NCBI GenBank assembly: GCA_051252135.1
Contig: JBPOGH010000012.1
Span: 1-64,000 of the forward strand
Source: Verrucomicrobiaceae bacterium
GTDB lineage: Bacteria > Verrucomicrobiota > Verrucomicrobiia > Verrucomicrobiales > Akkermansiaceae
Reading direction: 5' to 3'
Length of the DNA: 64,000 nucleotides
Shown here: positions 9,093 to 19,083 of the stretch, piece by piece
How positions within the stretch are numbered: the stretch's first letter is position 1
Layout of the letters: every line of letters begins with the position of its first letter
Translations under genes and position numbers: made by a program
Notes under the pieces: model-generated
Databases searched by the model: none
The model's input: only the letters and a program-made list of their open reading frames with translations
Told to the model about the DNA's origin: nothing

Positions 9093-10475
9093 ATGACTCC
9101 CGACGAACGATACGAAATCATCCGCAAGCTCGGCCAAGGCGGGCTCGGCGCAGTGTACGAAGGTCGTGATCACCAACTCGGACGAAAGGTTGCCATCAAA
9201 CGCCTGCTCACCGGAGAGGCCGAATCCAAAGACCAATTCGACGACCTCCTCAAAGAGTGTCATGCCCTTTCCGCCCTCAGCTCGCCCAACATCGTCAGCG
9301 TGTTCGACATCGGGCAGGATGAAGACGGACCCTTCGTCGTCATGGAACTTCTCGAGGGAGAAACCCTCGAAGCCCTCATCAGCCGCGCCCCCCTCACCGA
9401 ATCGGACTTCCTCACTGTCGCCGAACAATCTCTGGAAGGCCTTCTCGCCGCACACGAAGCCCACATCCTCCACCGTGACCTCAAGCCATGCAACCTCATG
9501 GTCACCTGGCTCCCCAGCGGAAGAATGCAGGTGAAGCTCCTCGATTTCGGCCTCGCCAAGTTCACCCTCGAACCCTCCATCCAGACCATCGCCCACGGCA
9601 ACTCCCTCTTCGGTTCCATCTACTTCATGGCACCCGAACAGTTCGAGCAAAAACCCCTCGATGGCCGAACCGACCTCTACTCCCTCGGCTGCATGTTCTA
9701 CTACGCCCTCACCGGCGAATACCCCTTCAATGGTGAATCCGTCGCCCAGGTCATGGCCGCTCACCTCCAGGGACGTTATAAGGACCTCCGCGAATACCGC
9801 GCCGACCTCAACCCCGCCCTCTGCAACTGGGTCATGTCCCTCATGGCCCACAGCCCTGACAACCGCCCCGCAGACACCCACCTGGCCCTCCAGCAACTTC
9901 AGGGAGTGCAAAACCAAACCTTCGCTCCCGCCCAACCCCAGGGTGTCGAAATGATCACCCACCCCATCGCCGTTAAAGCGGAAGCTGCCACCCAACCACC
10001 TCTCGTCACCACGACAGTTCAGGTGCACCTTCCCACCACCGGCTCGATTCCCACTTATCAAACCTCTCTCGTCCAGCCCGCCTCCTCTTCCACCCCGGCC
10101 TGGGTTTGGCTCTGCGTGGCCTTCGCCATCATGCTCCTCGTTGGCGGAGCCATCATGATGTCCTCGGACCCCGACGATCAAAATCAGCCTCTCAACCATT
10201 CTCCATCAGAGGGAAAACCCGAGACAGATAAAAAATTGGCACCACCTGTCAAGGAAGCCACTTTCCCCGAACGCTTCAACCTCCCACCCACCCCGGAAGA
10301 TCTCTTTGCCGAAAAGGATTACAACAAGGACGGAGTGCTCCAACGCTGGGAATTCATCAAAATCGGCCCCAAGGAAGACGTGGAGCTTCGGACAAAAGGA
10401 TTCGCCGAAGTGGACTCGGACCAAAGCGGGTTTGTCTCAATGAGCGAAGTCAGGTTTATCTACCCCTCGCGCTAA
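9093..10475 (+). CDS. Hanks-type Ser/Thr protein kinase with TM helix and C-terminal EF-hand pair
   Basis: Motifs LGQGGLG, VAIK, HRDLKP, DFG, APE and DLYSLG; TM WVWLCVAFAIMLLVGGAIMM; loops DYNKDGVLQRWE and DSDQSGFVSMSE. Confidence 0.92.
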   Translation: MTPDERYEIIRKLGQGGLGAVYEGRDHQLGRKVAIKRLLTGEAESKDQFDDLLKECHALSALSSPNIVSVFDIGQDEDGPFVVMELLEGETLEALISRAPLTESDFLTVAEQSLEGLLAAHEAHILHRDLKPCNLMVTWLPSGRMQVKLLDFGLAKFTLEPSIQTIAHGNSLFGSIYFMAPEQFEQKPLDGRTDLYSLGCMFYYALTGEYPFNGESVAQVMAAHLQGRYKDLREYRADLNPALCNWVMSLMAHSPDNRPADTHLALQQLQGVQNQTFAPAQPQGVEMITHPIAVKAEAATQPPLVTTTVQVHLPTTGSIPTYQTSLVQPASSSTPAWVWLCVAFAIMLLVGGAIMMSSDPDDQNQPLNHSPSEGKPETDKKLAPPVKEATFPERFNLPPTPEDLFAEKDYNKDGVLQRWEFIKIGPKEDVELRTKGFAEVDSDQSGFVSMSEVRFIYPSR

Positions 10476-10479
10476 CCTC

Positions 10480-10983
10480 TCACTTCCCGCTGGCACGGAG
10501 AACTTCCAGCACCGACTGAAATCGGGCGTTGTTGTCGTCATCGGCATCACAGAGATTTTCGTGACACTCCAAAATGTGATCCTCTTTGCCCGGATTGCTG
10601 CCACGCCCGATCGGCTTCAGCCCCTTACGAACCTCCTCCAGCTTCCCCACCCAGGGCCCCTCTTTCGGCGCAATTTCCATCAACCGGCTCAGCCCCAGCT
10701 CTTCAAGAGACGCCTTGTTCTTCTCCCCGGGTTCCACAATCGAAAGCGTTCCTCCCCCGGATTTCTTCAACGTATTCACGATCCCCGCAAGCATCCCCAT
10801 AAAGGTGGAATCCATCCCCGTACAACCCGCCAGATCGACGACAATTTCGGACGTCCCATTCCCAATTTCAGCCTCTACAGCCTCTTTAATGGCTGGGCTA
10901 ATCATGAAGGTTCCTTTTCCTTCGGGGCGAACCCAAAAAATGGATTCAAAGTGGCGGGTGAAGACCTGACCGTTCTGTTTCAA
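10480..10983 (-). CDS. STAS-domain anti-sigma factor antagonist
   Basis: VVDLAGCTGMDSTFMGML STAS motif. TTG start at 10983 is inferred; the longer ORF overlaps menA. Confidence 0.82.
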   Translation of the reverse strand: MKQNGQVFTRHFESIFWVRPEGKGTFMISPAIKEAVEAEIGNGTSEIVVDLAGCTGMDSTFMGMLAGIVNTLKKSGGGTLSIVEPGEKNKASLEELGLSRLMEIAPKEGPWVGKLEEVRKGLKPIGRGSNPGKEDHILECHENLCDADDDNNARFQSVLEVLRASGK

Positions 10984-11027
10984 AATGCGTTTGGGGCTAC
11001 TTTCCTTAGAATACCTCGAATTGTCAC

Positions 11028-11891
11028 CTAGGTCAATCCAATGACAACATTCTGAAGGATCACGAAGACCATCAGGTGAAGCGCCGATAGCCCCAGAAGC
11101 GCTCCCGGAACATCCTCCCGTGAAATCATCCGATAAACCACCATCGTAAAAAGCACTCCGGCGGGCAGGGCCCAAACCAGCCAACCCGCCCACCCGTGGA
11201 GCGGAATCAACACATAGGGCAAGATCGTCATCATCACGATCAACCAACGAACCGGAGGCCGCCCGAACCGCACCACAATCGTCATCTTTCCGGCAGCACG
11301 GTCTTCTTCCAAATCACGGAAGTTGTTGACCGCGATCAATACCGCCGAAAGCAGCCCAATCTGGAGTCCCAGTAAAAAAGACCCCGGAATCCATTCCCCA
11401 CATTGGATAAATACCGTCCCCCCCACCGCCACCAACCCAAAAAACAAAATCACAAACACCTCACCCATCCCCCGGTAAGCCAGAGGAAACGGGCCTCCCG
11501 TGTATCCAAAACTCAAATACATCGAAGGAATCCCAATCGCAAGAATCCACCACCCCCGCTCCAAAAACAAAACTCCCCCCACCGCAACCGAAGCCAACAA
11601 CATCACCATCGCACCCAGATAAACCGCCCTCCGGGAAAGCAATCCGGAAGCAGTCGCCCGCACCGGCCCCATCCGCTTTTCGGTGTCCGCCCCCTTCTCC
11701 GCATCAATGACATCATTGAAAAAATTCGTCGCAATCTGGATGAAAATCGCGCCCAAAACCGTGAGCAAGGCCAGTCGGAGATCAAAGAGCTCCGCCTCCT
11801 TCCAGGAATACAAACAACCCGCCCACACCGGAACAATCGCCGCCGGCAGCGTCTTGGGCCGGGCGGCCAGAATCCAGGGGCGAACCGTCAT
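11028..11891 (-). CDS. menA: 1,4-dihydroxy-2-naphthoate prenyltransferase
   Basis: Motifs WILAARPKTL, NFFNDVID, YTGGPFPLAY and NNFRDLEED; adjacent to menB. Confidence 0.95.
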   Translation of the reverse strand: MTVRPWILAARPKTLPAAIVPVWAGCLYSWKEAELFDLRLALLTVLGAIFIQIATNFFNDVIDAEKGADTEKRMGPVRATASGLLSRRAVYLGAMVMLLASVAVGGVLFLERGWWILAIGIPSMYLSFGYTGGPFPLAYRGMGEVFVILFFGLVAVGGTVFIQCGEWIPGSFLLGLQIGLLSAVLIAVNNFRDLEEDRAAGKMTIVVRFGRPPVRWLIVMMTILPYVLIPLHGWAGWLVWALPAGVLFTMVVYRMISREDVPGALLGLSALHLMVFVILQNVVIGLT

Positions 11892-11897
11892 CTCTTT

Positions 11898-12713
11898 CTA
11901 GGGCACCCGGGGAAATTTCGAAAAGTCCGGCGCTCTCTTCTCCACAAAAGCCTGCTTCCCCTCCTTCGCCTCCTCACTCATGTAATAAAGAAGCGTCGCA
12001 TTCCCCGCCAAATCCAACAGCCCCATCTGCCCGTCGCAATCCGCATTCAGGGCCGACTTCAGACAACGCAGTGCCAAGGGGGAATGCTGCAGCATTTCAC
12101 GACACCACTTCACCGTCTCGGTCTCCAGCTCCGCAAGAGGAACCACCGTATTCACCAGGCCCATGTCCAGCGCCTGTTCCGCATCGTATTGACGACAGAG
12201 ATACCAAATCTCCCGCGCCTTCTTCTGCCCCACGATTCGCGCCAGATAACTCGACCCCAACCCTCCATCAAAGCTCCCCACCTTCGGACCGGTTTGCCCA
12301 AAACGGGCATTGTCCGCCGCGATCGTCAAATCACACACGATATGAAGAACGTGGCCACCGCCAATCGCATAGCCCGCCACCATCGCCACCACCGGCTTGG
12401 GCAAACCCCTGATTTTCTTCTGAAGATCGAGAACGTTCAACCGGGGCACCCCGTCATCTCCCACATACCCCGCATGACCTCTCACCTTCTGATCACCTCC
12501 GGAACAAAATGCCTTCTCCCCCTCTCCCGTCAGAATAATCACGCCCACCTCCGGATCCTGATGAGCCAGCTCAAAAGCCTGCAAGAGCTCCGTCACTGTC
12601 AGCGGCCGAAACGCATTTCTCACTTCCGGACGATTAATCGTAATCTTGGCAATCTGCCTATCCTCGGTCGTCTCGTAACGAATATCTTCAAACTCAGCGG
12701 CGGTCTTCCACAT
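11898..12713 (-). CDS. menB: 1,4-dihydroxy-2-naphthoyl-CoA synthase
   Basis: Motifs [24 protein letters not shown] and [12 protein letters not shown]. Confidence 0.98.
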   Translation of the reverse strand: MWKTAAEFEDIRYETTEDRQIAKITINRPEVRNAFRPLTVTELLQAFELAHQDPEVGVIILTGEGEKAFCSGGDQKVRGHAGYVGDDGVPRLNVLDLQKKIRGLPKPVVAMVAGYAIGGGHVLHIVCDLTIAADNARFGQTGPKVGSFDGGLGSSYLARIVGQKKAREIWYLCRQYDAEQALDMGLVNTVVPLAELETETVKWCREMLQHSPLALRCLKSALNADCDGQMGLLDLAGNATLLYYMSEEAKEGKQAFVEKRAPDFSKFPRVP

Positions 12714-12752
12714 GGCCGAATCATCAACCCAACTCCACCGCGGCGCAACGCC

Positions 12753-13598
12753 CTATTCCAACTTCTCGCCACACCGCCGGCAATATTTTGCATCCGGCAG
12801 GTGGCCGTGCGCCCCACATCCCGGACACGCATCGGTCGTCATGTTCCCCTTGGCCTCAAGCATCCCCGCCGTCACGATCCCCGTAGGCACCGCAATGATG
12901 GCATACCCGGCGAGCACGTAAAACGAAGTGAGAACCTTCCCCAGCACGGTCGTCGCCACCATATCACCATACCCCACCGTCGTGATCGAAACCACGGCAA
13001 AATAAATACTAACCGGAATGTTGGTGAACTTGGTCTCAGGTTCTCCCGACTCAACCAAATACATCAGGGTTCCCGCCAATACCGCAAAGAGCAAAACCGA
13101 GAAAAAGAAGACCGATATCTTGGCCCGGCTGGTCGCCAGCCCACGCATGATCACCTCACTCCCCCTCACATGGCTCATCATCTTCAGAACCCGGAACATC
13201 CGTAGCAACCTCAGAATCCGAATCACCAGAAGCGACTGCGTCCCCACCAGAAAGAACGAAAGATAACTTGGCAGACAGGACAGCAGATCCACCACCCCGA
13301 AAAACGAAGTCATGTAACGCAGCGGACGCCGCACCAGGAACACTCGTAAAATATACTCCAAGGTAAAAAGCCCCGTAAAAAACCACTCTGCCGCCCTCAA
13401 CTGCGGACCCCATTGCGCCGCCACCCCGTCAACACTCTCCAACATCACCGCCACCACACTCAACACAATCGCCCACATGAGAATGACATCGAACGCCTTC
13501 CCCGTAGGGGTCTCGGCTTCGAAGACCACACGCCAAAGGCGCTCCTTGAATGAATTGCTTGAATCGCTCGGATCCGGTTCCTGCTCTGCCACAGACAT
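12753..13598 (-). CDS. Voltage-gated potassium channel family ion transporter
   Basis: S4 segment IRILRLLRMFRVLK, selectivity filter TTVGYGD, C-terminal CxxC...CxxC. Confidence 0.93.
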   Translation of the reverse strand: MSVAEQEPDPSDSSNSFKERLWRVVFEAETPTGKAFDVILMWAIVLSVVAVMLESVDGVAAQWGPQLRAAEWFFTGLFTLEYILRVFLVRRPLRYMTSFFGVVDLLSCLPSYLSFFLVGTQSLLVIRILRLLRMFRVLKMMSHVRGSEVIMRGLATSRAKISVFFFSVLLFAVLAGTLMYLVESGEPETKFTNIPVSIYFAVVSITTVGYGDMVATTVLGKVLTSFYVLAGYAIIAVPTGIVTAGMLEAKGNMTTDACPGCGAHGHLPDAKYCRRCGEKLE

Positions 13599-13659
13599 CT
13601 CCTAACACATCCCGGGGTTACAAACCAGCCTCAGGTCTGTAGCGCACCCGCTATTTTCC

Positions 13660-14265
13660 CTAGGGTTTCCCCAACAGGCTTCGGCTCTGGTTGACCGAAA
13701 GATTCCGGTAGCTCTTCTTCGAAAAAATCGCGATCGGTCGCGCCCCCGTCTTCTGGCGATAGGCCGTATAGGGATCGTCCTTTTTCTGGATATAGCTCCC
13801 CGTCTCCCGCGCTGTCCCCGTCCGGTAGCTGCCCGTCGCGTAGGACTGATCCACCCCGGTCGCCGACTTCCCGCTGGAGCTCGACTTCTTACCTCCAAAC
13901 CACGACCGCTTGCCGGTCTCGGTTGGAGTTTGGTTCACCTGATAGGAACCCGTGCTGTAATCCTTCGACCCATTCCACTTCTTGGAATGATACTCTCTCG
14001 AAAAATATGACGGCGTATCACGTTTCCGGTTAAAGCTCGAAGCAGCCTGATTCTCAAAATGACTGCGCTTCCCACCCTCAAAAGTGCCATCCTTCCCTTG
14101 CATCACATCACTCGCACTCCACTCAAACGGATTCTTCTCGTTCAAATGATACTCCCCTCCGCTCTTAGCGACCGGCGCGGGCGACTCTTCCGTCTTGGTC
14201 GAAGAACAGGAAACCAGCCCCAATCCAATCGGAATGGTCAGAAGCAGCGGCCACTTAAGAAGCAT
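13660..14265 (-). CDS. Hypothetical lipoprotein
   Basis: Lipobox LVSC; preceded by TTGAGC-N17-TATGGT-N6-ATG. Confidence 0.8.
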   Translation of the reverse strand: MLLKWPLLLTIPIGLGLVSCSSTKTEESPAPVAKSGGEYHLNEKNPFEWSASDVMQGKDGTFEGGKRSHFENQAASSFNRKRDTPSYFSREYHSKKWNGSKDYSTGSYQVNQTPTETGKRSWFGGKKSSSSGKSATGVDQSYATGSYRTGTARETGSYIQKKDDPYTAYRQKTGARPIAIFSKKSYRNLSVNQSRSLLGKP

Positions 14266-14376
14266 GGCCAAACCATAGTCAGAAACAGAATCAAGCTCAA
14301 GACCTTGATTCCGGGCGAATTTTGCCCCTTCAGCATTTTCCTCTTGTGCGATTCTGAATTCCGCCTATTTCTTTAG

Positions 14377-14465
14377 ACGGACAATGTGATGTGGTAATTA
14401 CATTGTCCTTTCGCAGACAATCAGACGGAGGTGTGGGTCCCAATCCCGCACCTCCGTTTGTGCTT
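14377..14465 (+). ncRNA. Candidate structured small RNA (two hairpins, the second terminator-like)
   Basis: Hairpins at 14379-14408 and 14423-14459 whose non-canonical pairs are G-U only on the + strand; both flanking genes are on the minus strand. Confidence 0.4.
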
Positions 14466-14478
14466 CCCCCCACGGCCA

Positions 14479-14781
14479 TCAGGCAAGGTCCATCACAAGC
14501 ACCTTGGACCACCACTCCTTGAATCCTGAAATGAAGGCATCATGGACCTCATCTCCCGCCTGATAGGCATCGTGAGCCTCCATCGACTCAAATTTAAACG
14601 AAATCGCATAGTCCCACGAATGGTCGGTGACAGGCCGCTCTTCAGTGGGTGCCGGCTTTCCCCAATGATGGGAGGCAATGTTGGGAGACTCCGTCAGCGC
14701 ACGCAGCCCTTCTTCAAAGCGTGCCCGGTCCGACTCATTACGATGCTCTTCTTTCAGCCAAAAATACACATGGTGTTCCAT
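14479..14781 (-). CDS. Dabb (stress-responsive alpha/beta barrel) family protein
   Basis: About 100 aa; MEHHVYFWLK...FESMEAHDAYQ...H pattern. Confidence 0.88.
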   Translation of the reverse strand: MEHHVYFWLKEEHRNESDRARFEEGLRALTESPNIASHHWGKPAPTEERPVTDHSWDYAISFKFESMEAHDAYQAGDEVHDAFISGFKEWWSKVLVMDLA

Positions 14782-14912
14782 GGCGGCGCTTGTAGGGGAC
14801 CAATCCTTTTCAAGCAAGAGCCGACAATGCATTCTCAAGGTTGATCTTTCCTCCGTGCTGTGACAGATTTTTTTGCTGTCTCACCCCCTCAGCAGCCTTT
14901 CTTAACTCTCAA

Positions 14913-17336
14913 ATGCCTCTCTCAAAAGCCTTACGGCTTCTTATCCTGAGCTTATCGCTCATCGTTTGCGCTCACAGCCAGATTGTGAGCGAAGAAGAAC
15001 AGGCGTTCGCCAATGCCGAACGCTATTATAATTTTGGCAACGAAGTCGGTGACCGTTTCGAAAAAGCCCGCTACATGGACTACGCCATCGGACTTTATAA
15101 ATCCTACCTCGACCAATTCCCCAACGGAGGAAATGCCCCTGCCGTCTACTTCCACATGGGGAAAGCGCAACAATCTCTCGGAAGAATCGACGAAGCTTCC
15201 CGCATCTATCGCCAGCTCATCGACCGCTACCGCAGAGGAAACTGGGTCGGCCTCGCCGCCCGTCAAATCGCCTGGCTCGCCTACACCACCGAAGATTGGG
15301 CCGGGGCCGCAGCCTACTTTGAGCTCGCCGCCAAGGAAGTCACCCGCCGTGAGACAAAATTCAGCTCCCTCACCAAACGGGTCGAATGCCTCATAAAGCT
15401 CGATCGTGATCTCGATGTCATCGATGCCCTCAAAGGAATCCTCAACAGCCCGGGCCATCCCCACGCCCAGTGGGCCCGCTTCATGCTCGGCTATCAATAC
15501 TACCAGGCCGAAAAATTCCAGCTCACCATCGAAACCCTCAAACCCCTTCTCTCCGAATCAGTCGGAAACAACTACCGCTCGCAGGCCATGTTCTATACCG
15601 GACTGGCTTCCACCGAACTCGGCTTGGACGACAGCGGCCAAAGCTATCTTCAACAGGTTCTCGAACTGCCATCCAACAGCCCGGGACTCACCAACGAACA
15701 GAAACGCCAAATCGCCCACAACAAAACATTGGCGCAAACCGCCCTCATGAATCTCGCCGCCGCCAATGGAGACCATGACGAAGTCGTTCGCCTCTACCGG
15801 CTGGGTGACTTCGGTGCCACCGGCAGAACCGAAGCGCGCCGGTCCATGACCGCCGGCAAAGCATTCTATGCCCTCAAGCGATATCAGGATGCGCGCTCAT
15901 CGTTCCGCCGGGTCGACCGCTCCACACCCAACACCCCAACTGCATTCGATGCGGCTTTCCGGTGCCTCCTCTGTGATTTTCAAATGGGCCAACCCAGTCT
16001 CGACGAGCGCGTGGAAGCATTCGAAGAACTCTATCGCGGAATGTTCCCCGGCCACCAAAACATCCAAATGGCACGCTTCCTCAAAGCCGAAAGCCTCTAC
16101 GATCTCGGAGACTTCGAAGCGGCAGCCACCGCATTCAGCGAAGTTCAGTCCAATCTTATTCCTCGCCAACATCGGTCGGAACTCTTTTACAAGGCTGGCT
16201 GGGCCCTGGCCGAGATGGGAGATAACAACGGAGCCACCAGAAGTTTCACCAGTTTTCTTGAAGCCTTCCCTGACGACGACAGACGACAAGAGGCACTCGG
16301 CAAGCGCGCCGAAGCCTACTTCAGATTGGGCGATCGCACCTCCGCCCTCAAGGACTACGAAGACCTCTTGAACGAAACCTCCGCCCCCCGGCTGATCTCC
16401 TTTGCCCTGCAGGGAAGCGCCCGCGCCCTCCGTGCCGAAAAATCCTACCCGCTCATGGTCGAGCGCTACCGGCGGCTACTCGCCGAATTCACCGATCTCC
16501 CTGCCGATACCGTCGCAAATGCCAACTACTGGATTGGCTGGGGATACTTCAAACTCGAAAAACTGGAGCAGGCAAAACCTTACCTCGAAAAATCCCGCGA
16601 TCTCGTCCCCGAGTTTTATAACGAACCCGCCGGTAACCTCCTCGTCATGCTCACCTTTTCTCAGGCTGATGCGGAAGCCATGAACTCCGTCCTCACCAGC
16701 CTCCTCGAAGATTTCCCCGGAAAATCAATTCCCTCCCACATGCTCACCTGGCTTGGACTTCAGTTATACCATACCGGGGACTTTGAGAACTCAGTGAGAT
16801 ACCTCGGTCGCGCCGCCAACCCCGAGCGTCCGGACGCAGTGGATATCAGCGTCTGGCGAACCCTTGCCAAGGGCCAAAACGAACTCAACCTGCACCAGCA
16901 AGCTCTCCAGTCCGCTCAAATCGTTCTGAAAATGGAACAAGACCCCCGTTGGAAAGCCGACACCCTCCTCGACATCGCCCACGCCCGATTCGGCCTCAAC
17001 CAAATCGAGGAGGCACTCCGCGCTACGCAGGATGGACTGGCAATCAAAGCCCCGGGCACCCACACCGCCGGCTTGCACCTCATCCTTGGAAAAATCGCCT
17101 TCACCCGCGAAAACTATCAGGACGCGCTCTCCGAGTTCGACGCCACCCGCAGGATTGCTGTCGATGACCCGGTCGTCACCCCCGAAGCACTATACTGGTC
17201 TTCACTTGCCGCCGAAAAGCTCGGGGACCTCACTCTATCACGACAACTTAATGCGGAACTCGCAGCATCCTTTCCAAACTGGAATCCTCCCGTCAAAGAG
17301 GAACAATCCCCTCAAACTGAAGAAATCGGCGAATAG
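14913..17336 (+). CDS. Secreted tetratricopeptide-repeat protein
   Basis: Signal peptide and many TPR-like repeats (e.g. YRQLIDRY, FTSFLEAFP, ANYWIGWGYF). Confidence 0.88.
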   Translation: MPLSKALRLLILSLSLIVCAHSQIVSEEEQAFANAERYYNFGNEVGDRFEKARYMDYAIGLYKSYLDQFPNGGNAPAVYFHMGKAQQSLGRIDEASRIYRQLIDRYRRGNWVGLAARQIAWLAYTTEDWAGAAAYFELAAKEVTRRETKFSSLTKRVECLIKLDRDLDVIDALKGILNSPGHPHAQWARFMLGYQYYQAEKFQLTIETLKPLLSESVGNNYRSQAMFYTGLASTELGLDDSGQSYLQQVLELPSNSPGLTNEQKRQIAHNKTLAQTALMNLAAANGDHDEVVRLYRLGDFGATGRTEARRSMTAGKAFYALKRYQDARSSFRRVDRSTPNTPTAFDAAFRCLLCDFQMGQPSLDERVEAFEELYRGMFPGHQNIQMARFLKAESLYDLGDFEAAATAFSEVQSNLIPRQHRSELFYKAGWALAEMGDNNGATRSFTSFLEAFPDDDRRQEALGKRAEAYFRLGDRTSALKDYEDLLNETSAPRLISFALQGSARALRAEKSYPLMVERYRRLLAEFTDLPADTVANANYWIGWGYFKLEKLEQAKPYLEKSRDLVPEFYNEPAGNLLVMLTFSQADAEAMNSVLTSLLEDFPGKSIPSHMLTWLGLQLYHTGDFENSVRYLGRAANPERPDAVDISVWRTLAKGQNELNLHQQALQSAQIVLKMEQDPRWKADTLLDIAHARFGLNQIEEALRATQDGLAIKAPGTHTAGLHLILGKIAFTRENYQDALSEFDATRRIAVDDPVVTPEALYWSSLAAEKLGDLTLSRQLNAELAASFPNWNPPVKEEQSPQTEEIGE

Positions 17337-17371
17337 ACCCGTATCCATAATCGCTACCTTCGAATTTCCCC

Positions 17372-17815
17372 ATGGCCGGTCCATCCAAGAAAAAACTCCC
17401 CTTTGAAAAACGCGCCCGCTCGGTTCCCTTTAAGAAACCGTTTCTCGTGGCAGCCACGTACATGGCAATCCTCTATCTCCTCTTGGTCGCCCTCCTCACC
17501 TCTGCCGCCGTCTATGCTGTGGTGCAAACCAAAGCCTCGGCCTACCTCCTCGTTGCCATCATGGCCGCAACCCTGCTCACCTGGTGCGCCTCCCTCTTCA
17601 AGCGCCGTGAAGCCCGATGCCCCCTTTGCAAGGGGACTCCCCTCCTGAACACCGGAGCCCACCTGCACGAAAAAGCCTACAAACTTCCCCTACTGAACCA
17701 TGGGAACACCAACGCTGTGCGCACCATCTTCACGCAGCGCCTGCGCTGCATGTACTGCGGCACTCCTTACGATTTTCTCAAGCCCGTCACCGACCCCATC
17801 GGGGGCCATCGCTAG
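17372..17815 (+). CDS. Hypothetical membrane protein with two CxxC motifs
   Basis: Two TM helices, then CPLC and CMYC. Confidence 0.75.
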   Translation: MAGPSKKKLPFEKRARSVPFKKPFLVAATYMAILYLLLVALLTSAAVYAVVQTKASAYLLVAIMAATLLTWCASLFKRREARCPLCKGTPLLNTGAHLHEKAYKLPLLNHGNTNAVRTIFTQRLRCMYCGTPYDFLKPVTDPIGGHR

Positions 17816-19074
17816 GCCTCGGGCTCGTTCATCAAGCGCGTCACTACCGGCTTCAGAGTAAGTCCCTGCACCGCAATCGAGAAGATCACCACCAGATAGG
17901 TCGACATCAGAATCGCCTGCCGCATTCCTTCACTCAAAGCATCTCTCGGCAGCGCCAACGCCAGCGCAACCGATATCCCTCCCCGTAGCCCGCCCCACGT
18001 CAGAATCCGGATCACTCCCGGTGAAAATTCGCGGGTCTTGCGGAGTAAAATCACCGGCAGACTCACCGCTACCATCCGTGCGCCAAGCACCGCAAAAATC
18101 ATCACCAGCCCCGCCGTAAACGCAGGACCACTCCAGCTCAGGACAAAGATCTCCAGCCCGAGTAAAAGAAAGAGCAACGCGTTCAGCAACTCGTCAATAA
18201 GCTCCCAAAACAAATCAAGATGCTGCCGGGTCGTGTCACTCATCGCAAACAACCTCCCGTGATTTCCAATCAGCAACCCCGCCACCACCATCGCCAGAGG
18301 CCCGCTCAGGTGCCACGAATTAGCCAAACGGTAACCACCCAAAACCAGCGCCAAGGTGATCAAAATCTCCACCTGATAGTTGTCTATGGTCTTGAGCATC
18401 CAATAGGCAATCAATCCCAACACCGCCCCCAACAGCACTCCGCCACCCACTTCCTTCAGAAAAAGATCCGCCACACTCGCCACCGTCGCCTCGCTCGTTC
18501 CCGCCGCCAAGCCAACCAAAGCCAGATAAACAACCACCCCCACTCCGTCATTAAGCAAAGACTCACCCGTGATCTTTGTCTCCAGGGATTTCGGCACCCC
18601 TACCCGCTTGAGAATCCCCAGAACCGCCACCGGATCGGTCGGCGAAATGAGCGCCCCAAAGACAAGACACCACAGGAACGGTAGATTGATCCCGAACCAC
18701 CCGAACACAAAATAAGAAATCACCCCAACCAGCGTCGTCGAGACCAACAGCCCCACACTCGCCAAAATCGCCACCACCATCTTCTGGTCGCGCAAATCAC
18801 TCAAATTGACGTGCAAAGCTCCCGCAAAAAGCAAAAAGCTCAGCAAGACATCCATCACCGTTCGGTTGAAATCGATCTGCGTAACAAACCGGTCAATCAC
18901 GTTCACCTCCACGAGCCCGGGCCATTGATGCCCCACCAACAATAGAACCGCACTCAGCACCAATCCAATCAGCATAATGCCGATACTCGTTGGCAGCTTG
19001 AAGACCCGGTGATTGATATATCCGAAAACGGCAGCCAACGCCAAAAGCACTGCCGAAGTATCCAAAAGATTCAT
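17812..19074 (-). CDS. CPA1 family Na+/H+ antiporter (NhaP-like)
   Basis: Motifs LLFAGAL, FGALISPTDPVAV, GESLLNDG and WGGLRGGIS. Confidence 0.93.
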   Translation of the reverse strand: MNLLDTSAVLLALAAVFGYINHRVFKLPTSIGIMLIGLVLSAVLLLVGHQWPGLVEVNVIDRFVTQIDFNRTVMDVLLSFLLFAGALHVNLSDLRDQKMVVAILASVGLLVSTTLVGVISYFVFGWFGINLPFLWCLVFGALISPTDPVAVLGILKRVGVPKSLETKITGESLLNDGVGVVVYLALVGLAAGTSEATVASVADLFLKEVGGGVLLGAVLGLIAYWMLKTIDNYQVEILITLALVLGGYRLANSWHLSGPLAMVVAGLLIGNHGRLFAMSDTTRQHLDLFWELIDELLNALLFLLLGLEIFVLSWSGPAFTAGLVMIFAVLGARMVAVSLPVILLRKTREFSPGVIRILTWGGLRGGISVALALALPRDALSEGMRQAILMSTYLVVIFSIAVQGLTLKPVVTRLMNEPEA

Positions 19075-19083
19075 ACCGCGTGA

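Noticed and set aside
11403..13205. 600-aa + strand ORF and many similar long shadow ORFs (e.g. 190-1071, 39916-41013, 57455-58618)
   Set aside because: Antisense or alternate-frame to well-supported genes; low-complexity products caused by the strand skew.
13595..13625. Second TGTAACC ECF-like -35 upstream of the K+ channel gene
   Set aside because: No CGT -10 element at the expected spacing.
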